Below are positions 46,989 through 55,691 of a DNA stretch of 64,000 nt, piece after piece. The notes under the pieces are model-generated. The model searched no databases. It was not told where the DNA came from and saw nothing but the letters and a program-made list of their open reading frames with translations. The DNA comes from Candidatus Enterousia sp. Its GTDB lineage: Bacteria > Pseudomonadota > Alphaproteobacteria > Rs-D84. Location of the stretch: the NCBI GenBank assembly GCA_045606425.1, contig JAZURV010000013.1, positions 1,199 through 65,198 of the forward strand. The letters are read 5' to 3'. The translations under genes and the position numbers were made by a program. How positions within the stretch are numbered: the stretch's first letter is position 1; every line of letters starts with the position of its first letter.

Positions 46989-48641
46989 TCAGTTTTTAAG
47001 TAGTGTTTTTGCAGTTGCGATGGATTCCGGTGTTATTTGTGCACCGCTGATTATGCGCGCGATTTCATTTATTCTGTCGTCGCCAGATATTTCAACGACA
47101 CTTGTTATTGTGGTGTTTTTATCGCTTTGTTTAGAAATGCGGAAGTGTTTGTCGGCAAATCCTGCAACCTGGGCAGAATGAGTGATGACCAACAATTGTT
47201 CGTTTTTTGACAATTTGTTCAATCGTTCACCCACTGCCGATGCGGTTGCGCCACTGATGCCGGTGTCCAATTCGTCAAATACCAATGTTTTTTTATTTTC
47301 TGGGTTGTCCAATGCGACACGCAGTGCCAACATAAAACGAGATAATTCGCCACCAGACGCGATTTTGTGTAATGGTGCGAATGGTGTTCCTGGATTCGTT
47401 TTTATCATGAATGTGACACAATCAGAGCCTTTTGTTGAGGGTTCGCAGTGTTGAATGTCGACCATAAAGTCTGCCGACCCCAGTTTTAAATCCGGCAATT
47501 CGGACAATATTTGTTTGCGCAGGTTTTCTGATGCGTCTTTGCGTAATTCGCTTAAATGATTGGCGGATTCGTTAAAGACGATGGTGTATCTGTCGACATC
47601 TTTTTTGCATTTTTGTAATTCGGCATCGCTGTTGTCTATGGCATTTAACTGACTTTCCAATTCGACCAGTTTATTTGGCAAATCGTCAGCACTGCATCTG
47701 TGTTTGCGTGCCGCTGCACGAATGGCAAACAATCGTTCTTCGATTGAATCTATGTCGTCCAGATTCGTGCTTTCTGGATGAATTTGTTCGCCGATATCAG
47801 CCACGGTTGCTGCTGCGTCGTACAATTTATCTATAATTTCAGAATACGGGTTTGGGTCTGTTTTGATACGCTCTAAAATATGCGCGACAGAACAAATCTG
47901 TTCGTCTAATGAATTGCCATTGTTTTTCAAAATGTCCAATGCGTCGTTCAGGATACCTGAATTTTTTTCTGCGTCCATCATCTTTGCCCGCGCGGTTGCC
48001 AATTCGTCTTCTTCGCCAATTTGGGGGTTCAGTTTGCGTAATTCGTTCACATTGTGTTCCAGGAAATCGCGTTCGCTTTCGGATTTTTCCAGAATTTCAT
48101 TTAACTGTTTTAACCGTTTTTGTGCATTATGTAAATCTGCGTACGCCCCAGCGGTTTGCGACAACACTGAAACAAATTCTGGATTGTGCAATTTGGCGTA
48201 TTCGTCCAGCGATGTTATATGTGTTGTGGCATCTAACAAAGAATGATTTTCAAACTGACCGTGAATTTCAACAATTTCATCGCCAATTTGTTTTAAAACC
48301 TTTACAGATACAGGGATATCGTTGACCCACGCCCTGCTTTTTCCGTCTGTTGACAGTGTGCGTCGCAAAATCAAACCGGTGTCGTAATCTATACCGTTTT
48401 CGTTCAGGATTTTTACAATATTGTTGTTCACAGAATCGAATTCTGCCGTGACCGATGCAGAATCACAGCCACTGCGAATTAAACCTGTGTCAGAGCGTGC
48501 GCCCAACGCCAGTGATAATGCGTCCAGCAAAATACTTTTCCCTGCACCGGTTTCGCCGGTCATGATATTCAGACCGTTGCCGAATTCCAGATTCAGTTTT
48601 TCAATTAAAACAATGTTCGAAATATATAATCCTGATAACAT
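46989..48641 (-). CDS. recN: DNA repair protein RecN
   Basis: ML.GL.I.N..LIE.L.LEF..GLN..TGETGAGKSI N-terminus, a coiled-coil middle and a C-terminal SGGE.SR and DE.D.GISG. Start set at the internal ATG. The ORF track TTG at 48677 is possible. Confidence 0.92.
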   Translation of the reverse strand: MLSGLYISNIVLIEKLNLEFGNGLNIMTGETGAGKSILLDALSLALGARSDTGLIRSGCDSASVTAEFDSVNNNIVKILNENGIDYDTGLILRRTLSTDGKSRAWVNDIPVSVKVLKQIGDEIVEIHGQFENHSLLDATTHITSLDEYAKLHNPEFVSVLSQTAGAYADLHNAQKRLKQLNEILEKSESERDFLEHNVNELRKLNPQIGEEDELATARAKMMDAEKNSGILNDALDILKNNGNSLDEQICSVAHILERIKTDPNPYSEIIDKLYDAAATVADIGEQIHPESTNLDDIDSIEERLFAIRAAARKHRCSADDLPNKLVELESQLNAIDNSDAELQKCKKDVDRYTIVFNESANHLSELRKDASENLRKQILSELPDLKLGSADFMVDIQHCEPSTKGSDCVTFMIKTNPGTPFAPLHKIASGGELSRFMLALRVALDNPENKKTLVFDELDTGISGATASAVGERLNKLSKNEQLLVITHSAQVAGFADKHFRISKQSDKNTTITSVVEISGDDRINEIARIISGAQITPESIATAKTLLKN

Positions 48642-48677
48642 GTCGGAATTATAGCCAAAAAATTCCAGAAAATTCAA

Positions 48678-49124
48678 TTAAATAATTTTATCCAGCGTCC
48701 AATCGTGCAACCATAAAATGTAACCGTTTATTTTATAGCCCGGATACGCGGAACACAGTAATTGTGCGTATTCGTTTAACTGGAATTTGTATTTATCAAC
48801 GAAAGTATTTTTGTTTGCGTCTGTTTTATAGTCAATAAAATCTATGGTTTTTGTTTTGTGGTTTATTATCAGCCTGTCGATTCTGCGGCTGATAAAATGC
48901 CCGTGAATATTGCCGGCAATCGGAACCTCGGTCTGTGCGTTCGCTGTAAAAAACGGCAATAAATCTGGACGCGATTGTATGATTTTTATTGTATCTGTGT
49001 CACCAGTCGTGTGTTCGCCGTCCACGATTGTGTGCTGTAATCGTGCGTGCATTTGTGTGCCGGATTGAACTGCGAAATCTTTATTTTTCGCATTGGTTAA
49101 AAAGTCTGTCAATTTCTGTGTCAT
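48678..49124 (-). CDS. addA: PD-(D/E)XK RecB-type nuclease domain of AddA, in a separate reading frame
   Basis: GTQMH.RLQ, then E.P..G...G.I.RRIDRL and IDFIDYKTD and QL..YA, the RecB nuclease motifs normally fused to the AddA C-terminus. Its ATG lies 44 nt inside the upstream ORF. Confidence 0.75.
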   Translation of the reverse strand: MTQKLTDFLTNAKNKDFAVQSGTQMHARLQHTIVDGEHTTGDTDTIKIIQSRPDLLPFFTANAQTEVPIAGNIHGHFISRRIDRLIINHKTKTIDFIDYKTDANKNTFVDKYKFQLNEYAQLLCSAYPGYKINGYILWLHDWTLDKII

Positions 49125-51723
49125 TTGTAATCCGTAAAGTATCTTCGTTTATAAATAATTCGCGCGCCCCAGAAAACACATTCCATAATTGTTTGTGCCA
49201 CACCATCTCAGGTGCGCGGTCCATGTCGCATCCATAAATATATAATTCGTCGCGTGTTCGCGTCATCGCCACATACAGCAAGCGATAATATTCTGCAATT
49301 TGGTCTTGGCGATTTTTGTCTATGATTGGTTGCAATTCTGCACTGGTGCCGGTTTTCCATAGCCAAACATCGTATTTATTATTGTTATGCAAATAATTTG
49401 CATTCAATATTGTTTCTGGCTTTGGAAATGTAAAAGTGTCTATTAAAAATACGACGGGCGACGCCAAACCTTTACTGCCGTGCACAGTCATAATACGAAC
49501 GCCGGTTGATGCGTCCATGTCGCGCTTGATTTCACTGTCACCTGTGATAAACCATTTCAGAAAATGTTGCAGCGTCCCTGGTTGTGTTCTTTCGTATGCC
49601 AAACACATTGTCATAAATTCTTCGATTGGGTCGATGACCTGTTGCCCCAGGCATGATATAAATTTTTCACGGTTATTATTTTTGTTAAATACATAGGTAA
49701 AAAATGAATACGGCGCCTGTTTTTTCGATTGTTCGATTGTGTCCATGATGTCAGAATAAATATCTGGCATTTGGGTGCTTAAAACCGTAAAAATCGTTGC
49801 TGATTTGTCAGTATTTTTTGCTTTGCATAAATTAAAAATATCACGTTCTTTCAATTGATAAATTGGACTTTTTAACAAACAACATAAACTGTAATCGTCG
49901 GTTGGTTTTATACATACGCGTACCAGGTACAAAAGGTCTTTGATTGCAGAAAATTCAGGTAATTTTACACGATCATTCCCGGCAATTGCTATATCGCGTT
50001 TTTTCAGTGCGTTCGACAACAAATCCACAAACGCCCCGCGTTTTTGTACCAAAACCATAATATCTTTTGGGTCGCGTCCCGCCCTGACCAAGTCTGCAAT
50101 TTTATCTGCAATCATATTTACATACAATTTGTTTTTATCGGCGCCTGTTTTTTCGGTTTTGAATGCGTCGTGAATTTCGACAAATCCCCGGTCGTTTGTT
50201 CGAAAACATTTGTGTTTATTGTTATAAAAACCGGTCTTTTCGATAATTTCAGGATTGCCAAAGAAACAATCGACTGTGTCCAGGATTGGTTTGACCGAAC
50301 GAAAACTTTGATCCAGGGCAACTTCGTGAATTGTACGATAATTGTTTTCTATTTGTGCTGCAATTGCGTCACGGCTTTGCGCAAAGGCACGCGGGTCGGC
50401 GTTTTGAAAACCGTATATAGACTGTTTTGTGTCGCCTACCACAAACAACGAACGGTTGTTTTTTGTGTCACCATCGGTAAAAAAATCCCCCGCCAGCATA
50501 CGCAAAATATTCCATTGTTGCGGACTGGTATCTTGTGCTTCGTCAACCAGTATATGCGACAAAGAAACATCCAATTGTGACAAAACCCACCCCATAACAT
50601 CTGGTTTGGAAAACAGTTTTTGTGTATATAAAATTAAATCTTCGAAATCCAGCAGGTTATGTTCGCGTTTTATTTTGCGATACGCATCTGAAAAAGCCAT
50701 TGCCAAATCAAATAATGCGACAGTGTCCTGGTAAATGTTTGTGTTTAATATATTTTGTTGAACGCGATACACGCGGTCAGCCTCTGTTGCAAAACAGTCG
50801 TTTTTTGCGACATTTTTTCTGATTGCAAAATCGTCAGTCAGATATGCAGACGCGTATTCTGTAAAATTTATAGTATTGTCAATGAATTGTTGCGTTAAAT
50901 CTATAATATTTTGAATGTATTGTGCCGGCTTTTTCGAATTTTTTTGCATGTCATTTGTCGCAACAACGATTTTGCCCAGGTAATCTGGTTTGAATTCTGG
51001 GTCTAAATCAGTTTTTATATTCAGTATTTTTTCTGTTGTTTCAACGAAGTATTTGCGATACAGGGAAACATCTTCGACCTGAAAGAACGAACGATATCGT
51101 GACAATAATAATTCGCGCAATTCGTCCAGAAAATATTCTGATTTTATATCGACTATGCGATAAAAAGCGTCCATCGTGGTTCGGATATTTTGGTCGGAAT
51201 CCACAGATTGTTTTACCATTAAATCGAACGCGTCTTGTAATAGCACCGTTTGTGCAGCCCCAGATACCAAAGACCAGGCAGGTGAAATTCCCGCTTCCAA
51301 TGGGAAGCGATGCAGGATTTCTTCACAAAAACTGTGAATCGTTTTTATTTTCAAAACATCGGGATTGTCGATGTACATATAAAAAACCCGACGCGCATAC
51401 GCCAAATCTTTGTCGCTGGCGGGGGTGTTTTCGCTTATTCCGTCCAGTAATTCTTGCAATTCGTTATCGTCAGCGGTTGCCCATTGTTGCAGTTGTTTCA
51501 AAATACGGTTGCGCATTTCGCCTGCCGCTGCGTTGGTGTATGTTAAACATAAAATCCCGGGGGCAATATTGCTATTAAATTCCCCGTTGCGGAACAAAAT
51601 ACGCAACAGGCGCCGCACCAAAACCGTTGTTTTTCCGGTTCCTGCGTTTGCCTGGACCCAGATGTTTTCTGACGGATTAGACGCGATATTTTGTGCCGAT
51701 GAAAAAACTTCATTTTGTAACAT
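49081..51723 (-). CDS. addA: AddA-type UvrD/Rep superfamily-1 helicase, helicase portion only
   Basis: IWVQANAGTGKTTVL, ILCLTYTNAAAGEM, ILVDEAQDTS, VGD.KQSIY.F, TVHGSKGL and YVAMTR motifs. 880 aa ending just before the nuclease domain. Confidence 0.88.
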   Translation of the reverse strand: MLQNEVFSSAQNIASNPSENIWVQANAGTGKTTVLVRRLLRILFRNGEFNSNIAPGILCLTYTNAAAGEMRNRILKQLQQWATADDNELQELLDGISENTPASDKDLAYARRVFYMYIDNPDVLKIKTIHSFCEEILHRFPLEAGISPAWSLVSGAAQTVLLQDAFDLMVKQSVDSDQNIRTTMDAFYRIVDIKSEYFLDELRELLLSRYRSFFQVEDVSLYRKYFVETTEKILNIKTDLDPEFKPDYLGKIVVATNDMQKNSKKPAQYIQNIIDLTQQFIDNTINFTEYASAYLTDDFAIRKNVAKNDCFATEADRVYRVQQNILNTNIYQDTVALFDLAMAFSDAYRKIKREHNLLDFEDLILYTQKLFSKPDVMGWVLSQLDVSLSHILVDEAQDTSPQQWNILRMLAGDFFTDGDTKNNRSLFVVGDTKQSIYGFQNADPRAFAQSRDAIAAQIENNYRTIHEVALDQSFRSVKPILDTVDCFFGNPEIIEKTGFYNNKHKCFRTNDRGFVEIHDAFKTEKTGADKNKLYVNMIADKIADLVRAGRDPKDIMVLVQKRGAFVDLLSNALKKRDIAIAGNDRVKLPEFSAIKDLLYLVRVCIKPTDDYSLCCLLKSPIYQLKERDIFNLCKAKNTDKSATIFTVLSTQMPDIYSDIMDTIEQSKKQAPYSFFTYVFNKNNNREKFISCLGQQVIDPIEEFMTMCLAYERTQPGTLQHFLKWFITGDSEIKRDMDASTGVRIMTVHGSKGLASPVVFLIDTFTFPKPETILNANYLHNNNKYDVWLWKTGTSAELQPIIDKNRQDQIAEYYRLLYVAMTRTRDELYIYGCDMDRAPEMVWHKQLWNVFSGARELFINEDTLRITNDTEIDRLFNQCEK

Positions 51724-51802
51724 TTATGCTCTTGCTTTATTAAAAAGATTTTAGTATAAATTTCCTTAAAGTTCAAGGATGTTATTTTTAGGAGAAAGAG
51801 TT

Positions 51803-53722
51803 ATGAATCAAACATTGTTGATTGTATCATTGGTTTTAGGTTTTTTGTTGTTTGTAAATTTATTGGTGTTGTTTTTTGTTTCGCGCAAATCTCAACGGGT
51901 TATGGAATCGTTGTTGGAAATTATGACACGCCCAGAACAGGCAAAAGTCCAAGATGCAACGCGCGTTCTGCAAACAATATTGAAAGATGAAATCAACAAA
52001 ATTGATAATAATTTTAAGGTTATGTCGTCAACATTGGCGAATCAAATTGCGCACACCGAAGAAATAAAAAAGGCGTTGTCTGAACAAAACGACAAATTGG
52101 TGGCGACTGCTGATGATGCAACAAAAAAAATTGCGGTTATGTCGCAACGGTTGGACAACACGGTGACCGGGCTGAATGGCATAGTTTCATCTGATGCATG
52201 GACAGATGTGCAAAAAACCACCGATGATTTTTCTGCGACCATGGATATTTTGTTAAAGAAAATAACAGACACAACCACGACAGCAACTGAAAATGCCGGC
52301 AAAGTCCAGGAACAAATAAACCAATGCATTGAAACAGAACAACAAATCAACACGCAATTGCAGTCAAATTTTGCAAGCAATACCGAAAGCATGGATAAAA
52401 TGACTGCCGCCAGTGGCACAATGCAACAACAACTGACAGATTTAAGCACCAGTGTGGCGTCTGGATTTGAAAATGTGGCGAATGCATCAAAGAATTACGA
52501 AGAAACGATGCGGCAGAATGATAAATTGCTTAGCGATTATTTGACCAAGATGGCTGAATTCACTAAACGCGCAGGCAAAGAATTGACGCGTCAGGTCAAC
52601 ACGATGACAGAAACCGCAAATGTTGTTGGTGCAAATGTTCGTATGGCAGAATCGTCCATAGATAAACAGTTGCGCAAATTGGAATCGGCGATTGAATCAT
52701 TGAATAATTCGACAACAAACACAACACAATCTGTGCGCGGAATAACAAATGAACTGTCTGGATTGACCAATCGGTTTAATGGTGAAATTCGCGATTTTTC
52801 CAACAGTGTTGTTTCTGAAATCAAAGATGTATCTGGGGTTGCAAACACAACACTGGAAAACACAAAATCGGCAGCAACTGAATTTGCGGATTCTGTAAAA
52901 AGTATGGGCATTGGCGTGCGCGAAACGCTGATTGAAATGAACAAGGCGCACACCCAGTTGTCTGGGCAATCTGAAAACCTGATTAAAATGTCCCAGGATA
53001 CAACAGAACAATTAAAACCGTTGTCTGAACTGATTGAAAAATACTATGTTGCCCTGCCCGATTTGGCGGCAGGTTCGCGCGATATGAGTGAAAACCTGAA
53101 TAATATCGTCAACACATTGGTTGAAAAAATCAACACTATGAAAACGACAATTTCAGAATCATTGGAAAACATAAACTCTTCGTCCGAAAAACTGGGTGAT
53201 TTGGCGGGTGAATCGCGGCAACAAATGATAGATTTAATGTCTGATTATGCCAAGGCGGTCGACGCGATGCAAAGCCTGAATAAACAAATGATGGTCGCGC
53301 GCGCATCGGCGCCAATGGACGCAATCAAAGTCGCGCCGTCTGCGCCATTCAAACCATTGGCAACGAAAGATTTTCTGAATAATGTGGACAAGATGTTTGA
53401 AAAATTATACGAACAGACTGTTGATTTGACGCGCGCGACAAATTCTGAAATCCCTGAAATTGTCTGGAACAAATATAATGGTGGGGACAATAAAATATTT
53501 GCGAAATGGTTGGTCAAAATGTTTAACGCAACCGACAAAAAACAAATTCACGATTTGTTAAAAGCTGACAAGATATTCAATTCCCAGGCAGTGCAGTTCG
53601 TGCGCAATTTTGAAAAAATATTGAATGGCGCAAACCAAACCAGTGATGCAGACAAAATAAAGAACACTTTGTTAAAAACTGATTTGGGGACAATATATAC
53701 CGTTTTACACAAAAATATGTAA
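51803..53722 (+). CDS. Membrane-anchored long coiled-coil protein (Gln/Asn/Thr/Ser-rich)
   Basis: Start at MNQTLLIVSLVLGFLLFVNLLVLFFV (a single TM helix), then roughly 500 aa of heptad-like low-complexity helix and a globular C-terminus of roughly 110 aa. No family recognised. Confidence 0.6.
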   Translation: MNQTLLIVSLVLGFLLFVNLLVLFFVSRKSQRVMESLLEIMTRPEQAKVQDATRVLQTILKDEINKIDNNFKVMSSTLANQIAHTEEIKKALSEQNDKLVATADDATKKIAVMSQRLDNTVTGLNGIVSSDAWTDVQKTTDDFSATMDILLKKITDTTTTATENAGKVQEQINQCIETEQQINTQLQSNFASNTESMDKMTAASGTMQQQLTDLSTSVASGFENVANASKNYEETMRQNDKLLSDYLTKMAEFTKRAGKELTRQVNTMTETANVVGANVRMAESSIDKQLRKLESAIESLNNSTTNTTQSVRGITNELSGLTNRFNGEIRDFSNSVVSEIKDVSGVANTTLENTKSAATEFADSVKSMGIGVRETLIEMNKAHTQLSGQSENLIKMSQDTTEQLKPLSELIEKYYVALPDLAAGSRDMSENLNNIVNTLVEKINTMKTTISESLENINSSSEKLGDLAGESRQQMIDLMSDYAKAVDAMQSLNKQMMVARASAPMDAIKVAPSAPFKPLATKDFLNNVDKMFEKLYEQTVDLTRATNSEIPEIVWNKYNGGDNKIFAKWLVKMFNATDKKQIHDLLKADKIFNSQAVQFVRNFEKILNGANQTSDADKIKNTLLKTDLGTIYTVLHKNM

Positions 53723-53728
53723 ACAATA

Positions 53729-53757
53729 ACGGCGCAAATAATTGCGCCGTTTATTTT
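53729..53757 (+). terminator. Intrinsic terminator of the coiled-coil protein gene
   Basis: ACGGCGCAA-ATA-ATTGCGCCGT hairpin followed by TTATTTTT. Confidence 0.7.
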
Positions 53758-53796
53758 TCGCTTTTATTTATAAATATTTTTTGATAAAATAGGTTT

Positions 53797-53973
53797 GTCA
53801 GGAAGTGTTTTCCTGATGGGGTGTAACGACTCGTTTCGATGCGCGTCCATGATGACGTTAAAACTCCAACCATGTTGGGTTGGAGGGCTGCAAAATATAT
53901 CGAATATGCACACAATTTCGCATTGAATTGTCGTTAACCTCCAACCGCCTTTATATTATAAGTGCGGTTTTTT
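53797..53973 (+). ncRNA. Candidate structured leader or sRNA, copy B (paralog of 32885-33050)
   Basis: Extended -10 TGATAAAAT (53782-53790). P1 at 53798-53816. Hairpin CTCCAACC/GGTTGGAG at 53864-53885. A hairpin at 53889-53910 presents AAUAUAUCGAAUA. A second CTCCAACC at 53939-53946 overlaps the terminator (AACCGC at 53943-53948, GCGGTT at 53964-53969, then a T-run). Confidence 0.55.
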
Positions 53974-54053
53974 GATGTTGCACCAGGAAGGATTTGACAA
54001 CATGGGTTAGCCGTGTTTTATGCGTGGGTGCGGTTTGGAAAAGGAAGGGAACA

Positions 54054-55646
54054 ATGAAAAAAATTTTATCTTTTGTATTTGCATGCTTGGTTTTTACGTT
54101 ACCTGCATTTGCGTGCAATACAAATGAAATCGATGTTTTGGGGGATGGAACCCAATGTCAAACCGCACATTTTACACTTACCACCACATCAACGAACAGT
54201 TTTCAATTCAGTCTGTCTGCGGCGGGCACATTCTATGTCGATTGTGGAAACGGCGGAACATTAAGTGGCACAAACGCATCTGGGAAAATAATATCGCGCG
54301 GTTCTTCTACAACAAATACAACATACTCATGTTCTTGGGGAACCAGTACCGCACAAACAGTCCGATTCGGTGGGACGGCAACGGATTATAATACCAGTAC
54401 ATCTACGGCGGCAATCAGTTTTTATACCGACATCACAAATGCGCAAAAGGTTTATTCGATTACTGGTGATTTGGGTAAAATCTTTGGTGCCGTCCAAAGT
54501 AACCAGATACCAAGATTTCAACGAACATTTTACAGTTGCAGCAAATTAACCACCATCCCATCCGGATTATTTGATTCCGTTGATACATCCAACGCAACCG
54601 ATACAAGTTATATGTTTAACCAAACATTTCGCAATTGCAGCGGTTTAACCGCCATCTCAACCGGATTATTTGATTCCATTAATACATCCAACGCAACCCA
54701 TACAAGTTATATGTTTAGCTACACATTTTCCAATTGCAGCGGTTTAACCGCCATCCCAACCGGATTATTTGATTCCATTAATACATCCAACGCAACAAAT
54801 ACAAATTATATGTTTCAACGAACATTTTACAGTTGCAGCAAATTAACCACCATCCCAACCGGATTATTTGATTCCATTAATACATCCAATGCAACCAATA
54901 CCAGTTATATGTTTTACTACACATTTTACAATTGCAGTAATTTAACCGATATTCCATCTGGATTATTTAATTCCATTGATACATCCAACGCAACCAATAC
55001 AAGTGGTATGTTTCAATATACATTTTCCAATTGCAGCGGTTTAACCAGTATGCCGGCAACTTTGTTTAATTCAAATATCGGCATGGTAAATGGTGCCATT
55101 TATACCAATATGTTTTCCGACATGTTTTACAACTGTACCAACCTTGGTGGGTATATACCGTCAACAACTTTTCCATCCGGGATAACAACGGCATTAAACG
55201 CATCAATCGATGTTTTCCTTAACACAAAATTGGCAACAGAATGTCCGGCGGGGACAACACTATATGCAACATACACCCCGAACAGCAAGGTTGCATGTGA
55301 AGAAATCTCAGGGATAGACTGTTCATCGGGGTATTATCTGCCCGCAAATGTTAACGAATGCACACAGTGCCCGGCGAACAGCGCGTGTGTTGGTGGTACA
55401 TACAGTTTTAACGAAACAATGTCCCAGGGAATTGAACCATGTGCAACGGGATATTCGTCGGTTGCGGGCGCGTCGGTATGCACAGCAAACACAATAAATA
55501 TAACATGGGACAATGCGAACACTGCCGACATCACGGCAAATAACGCAGGTTCGGTCACATACGGTGGCGATATTCGTACCCCACGGAAAGCACAACATAT
55601 AAATGGAAAAATATTTGTCGGTTGGACTTTTAATAATCCAGAATAA
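54054..55646 (+). CDS. Secreted surface protein: BspA-type leucine-rich repeats, a Cys-rich module and a Listeria-Bacteroides-type repeat
   Basis: Signal peptide MKKILSFVFACLVFTLPAFA. At least five 33-aa repeats (F..CS.LT.IP.GLFDS..TSNAT.TS.MF). C-terminal CPAG...C...C..GYY......C..CPANS.C.GG. The protein ends in G..FVGW. Confidence 0.75.
   Translation: MKKILSFVFACLVFTLPAFACNTNEIDVLGDGTQCQTAHFTLTTTSTNSFQFSLSAAGTFYVDCGNGGTLSGTNASGKIISRGSSTTNTTYSCSWGTSTAQTVRFGGTATDYNTSTSTAAISFYTDITNAQKVYSITGDLGKIFGAVQSNQIPRFQRTFYSCSKLTTIPSGLFDSVDTSNATDTSYMFNQTFRNCSGLTAISTGLFDSINTSNATHTSYMFSYTFSNCSGLTAIPTGLFDSINTSNATNTNYMFQRTFYSCSKLTTIPTGLFDSINTSNATNTSYMFYYTFYNCSNLTDIPSGLFNSIDTSNATNTSGMFQYTFSNCSGLTSMPATLFNSNIGMVNGAIYTNMFSDMFYNCTNLGGYIPSTTFPSGITTALNASIDVFLNTKLATECPAGTTLYATYTPNSKVACEEISGIDCSSGYYLPANVNECTQCPANSACVGGTYSFNETMSQGIEPCATGYSSVAGASVCTANTINITWDNANTADITANNAGSVTYGGDIRTPRKAQHINGKIFVGWTFNNPE
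54519..55060 (+). repeat. In-frame 99-bp tandem repeats (about 5.5 copies) encoding the LRR units
   Basis: The unit CAACGAACATTTTACAGTTGCAGCAAATTAACCACCATCCCA... recurs with a 99-nt period. 54519 and 54816 are near-identical. Confidence 0.85.
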
Positions 55647-55681
55647 AAAAACACCGCCCGATTGGGCGGTTGTTTTTTTTG
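55645..55681. terminator. Bidirectional intrinsic terminator between the LRR protein gene and rubrerythrin
   Basis: CACCGCCC-GATT-GGGCGGTTG hairpin flanked by A7 and T8. Confidence 0.75.
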
Positions 55682-55691
55682 TGTTTTTATT

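Noticed and set aside
53797-53973. Assignment of the paired leader elements to a known riboswitch class (c-di-GMP-I/II, SAM-II/V, fluoride, ykkC, THF, T-box, ANTAR dual-hexaloop)
   Set aside because: By eye I found none of the conserved core sequences of those classes. The hairpin loops do not fit the ANTAR hexaloop pattern of A at position 1 and G at position 4. The elements are left as an unclassified candidate.
54519-55060. Regular 99-bp repeats as a possible CRISPR-like array
   Set aside because: The repeats are contiguous with no unique spacers. They are in frame and encode the 33-aa LRR units of one long ORF.
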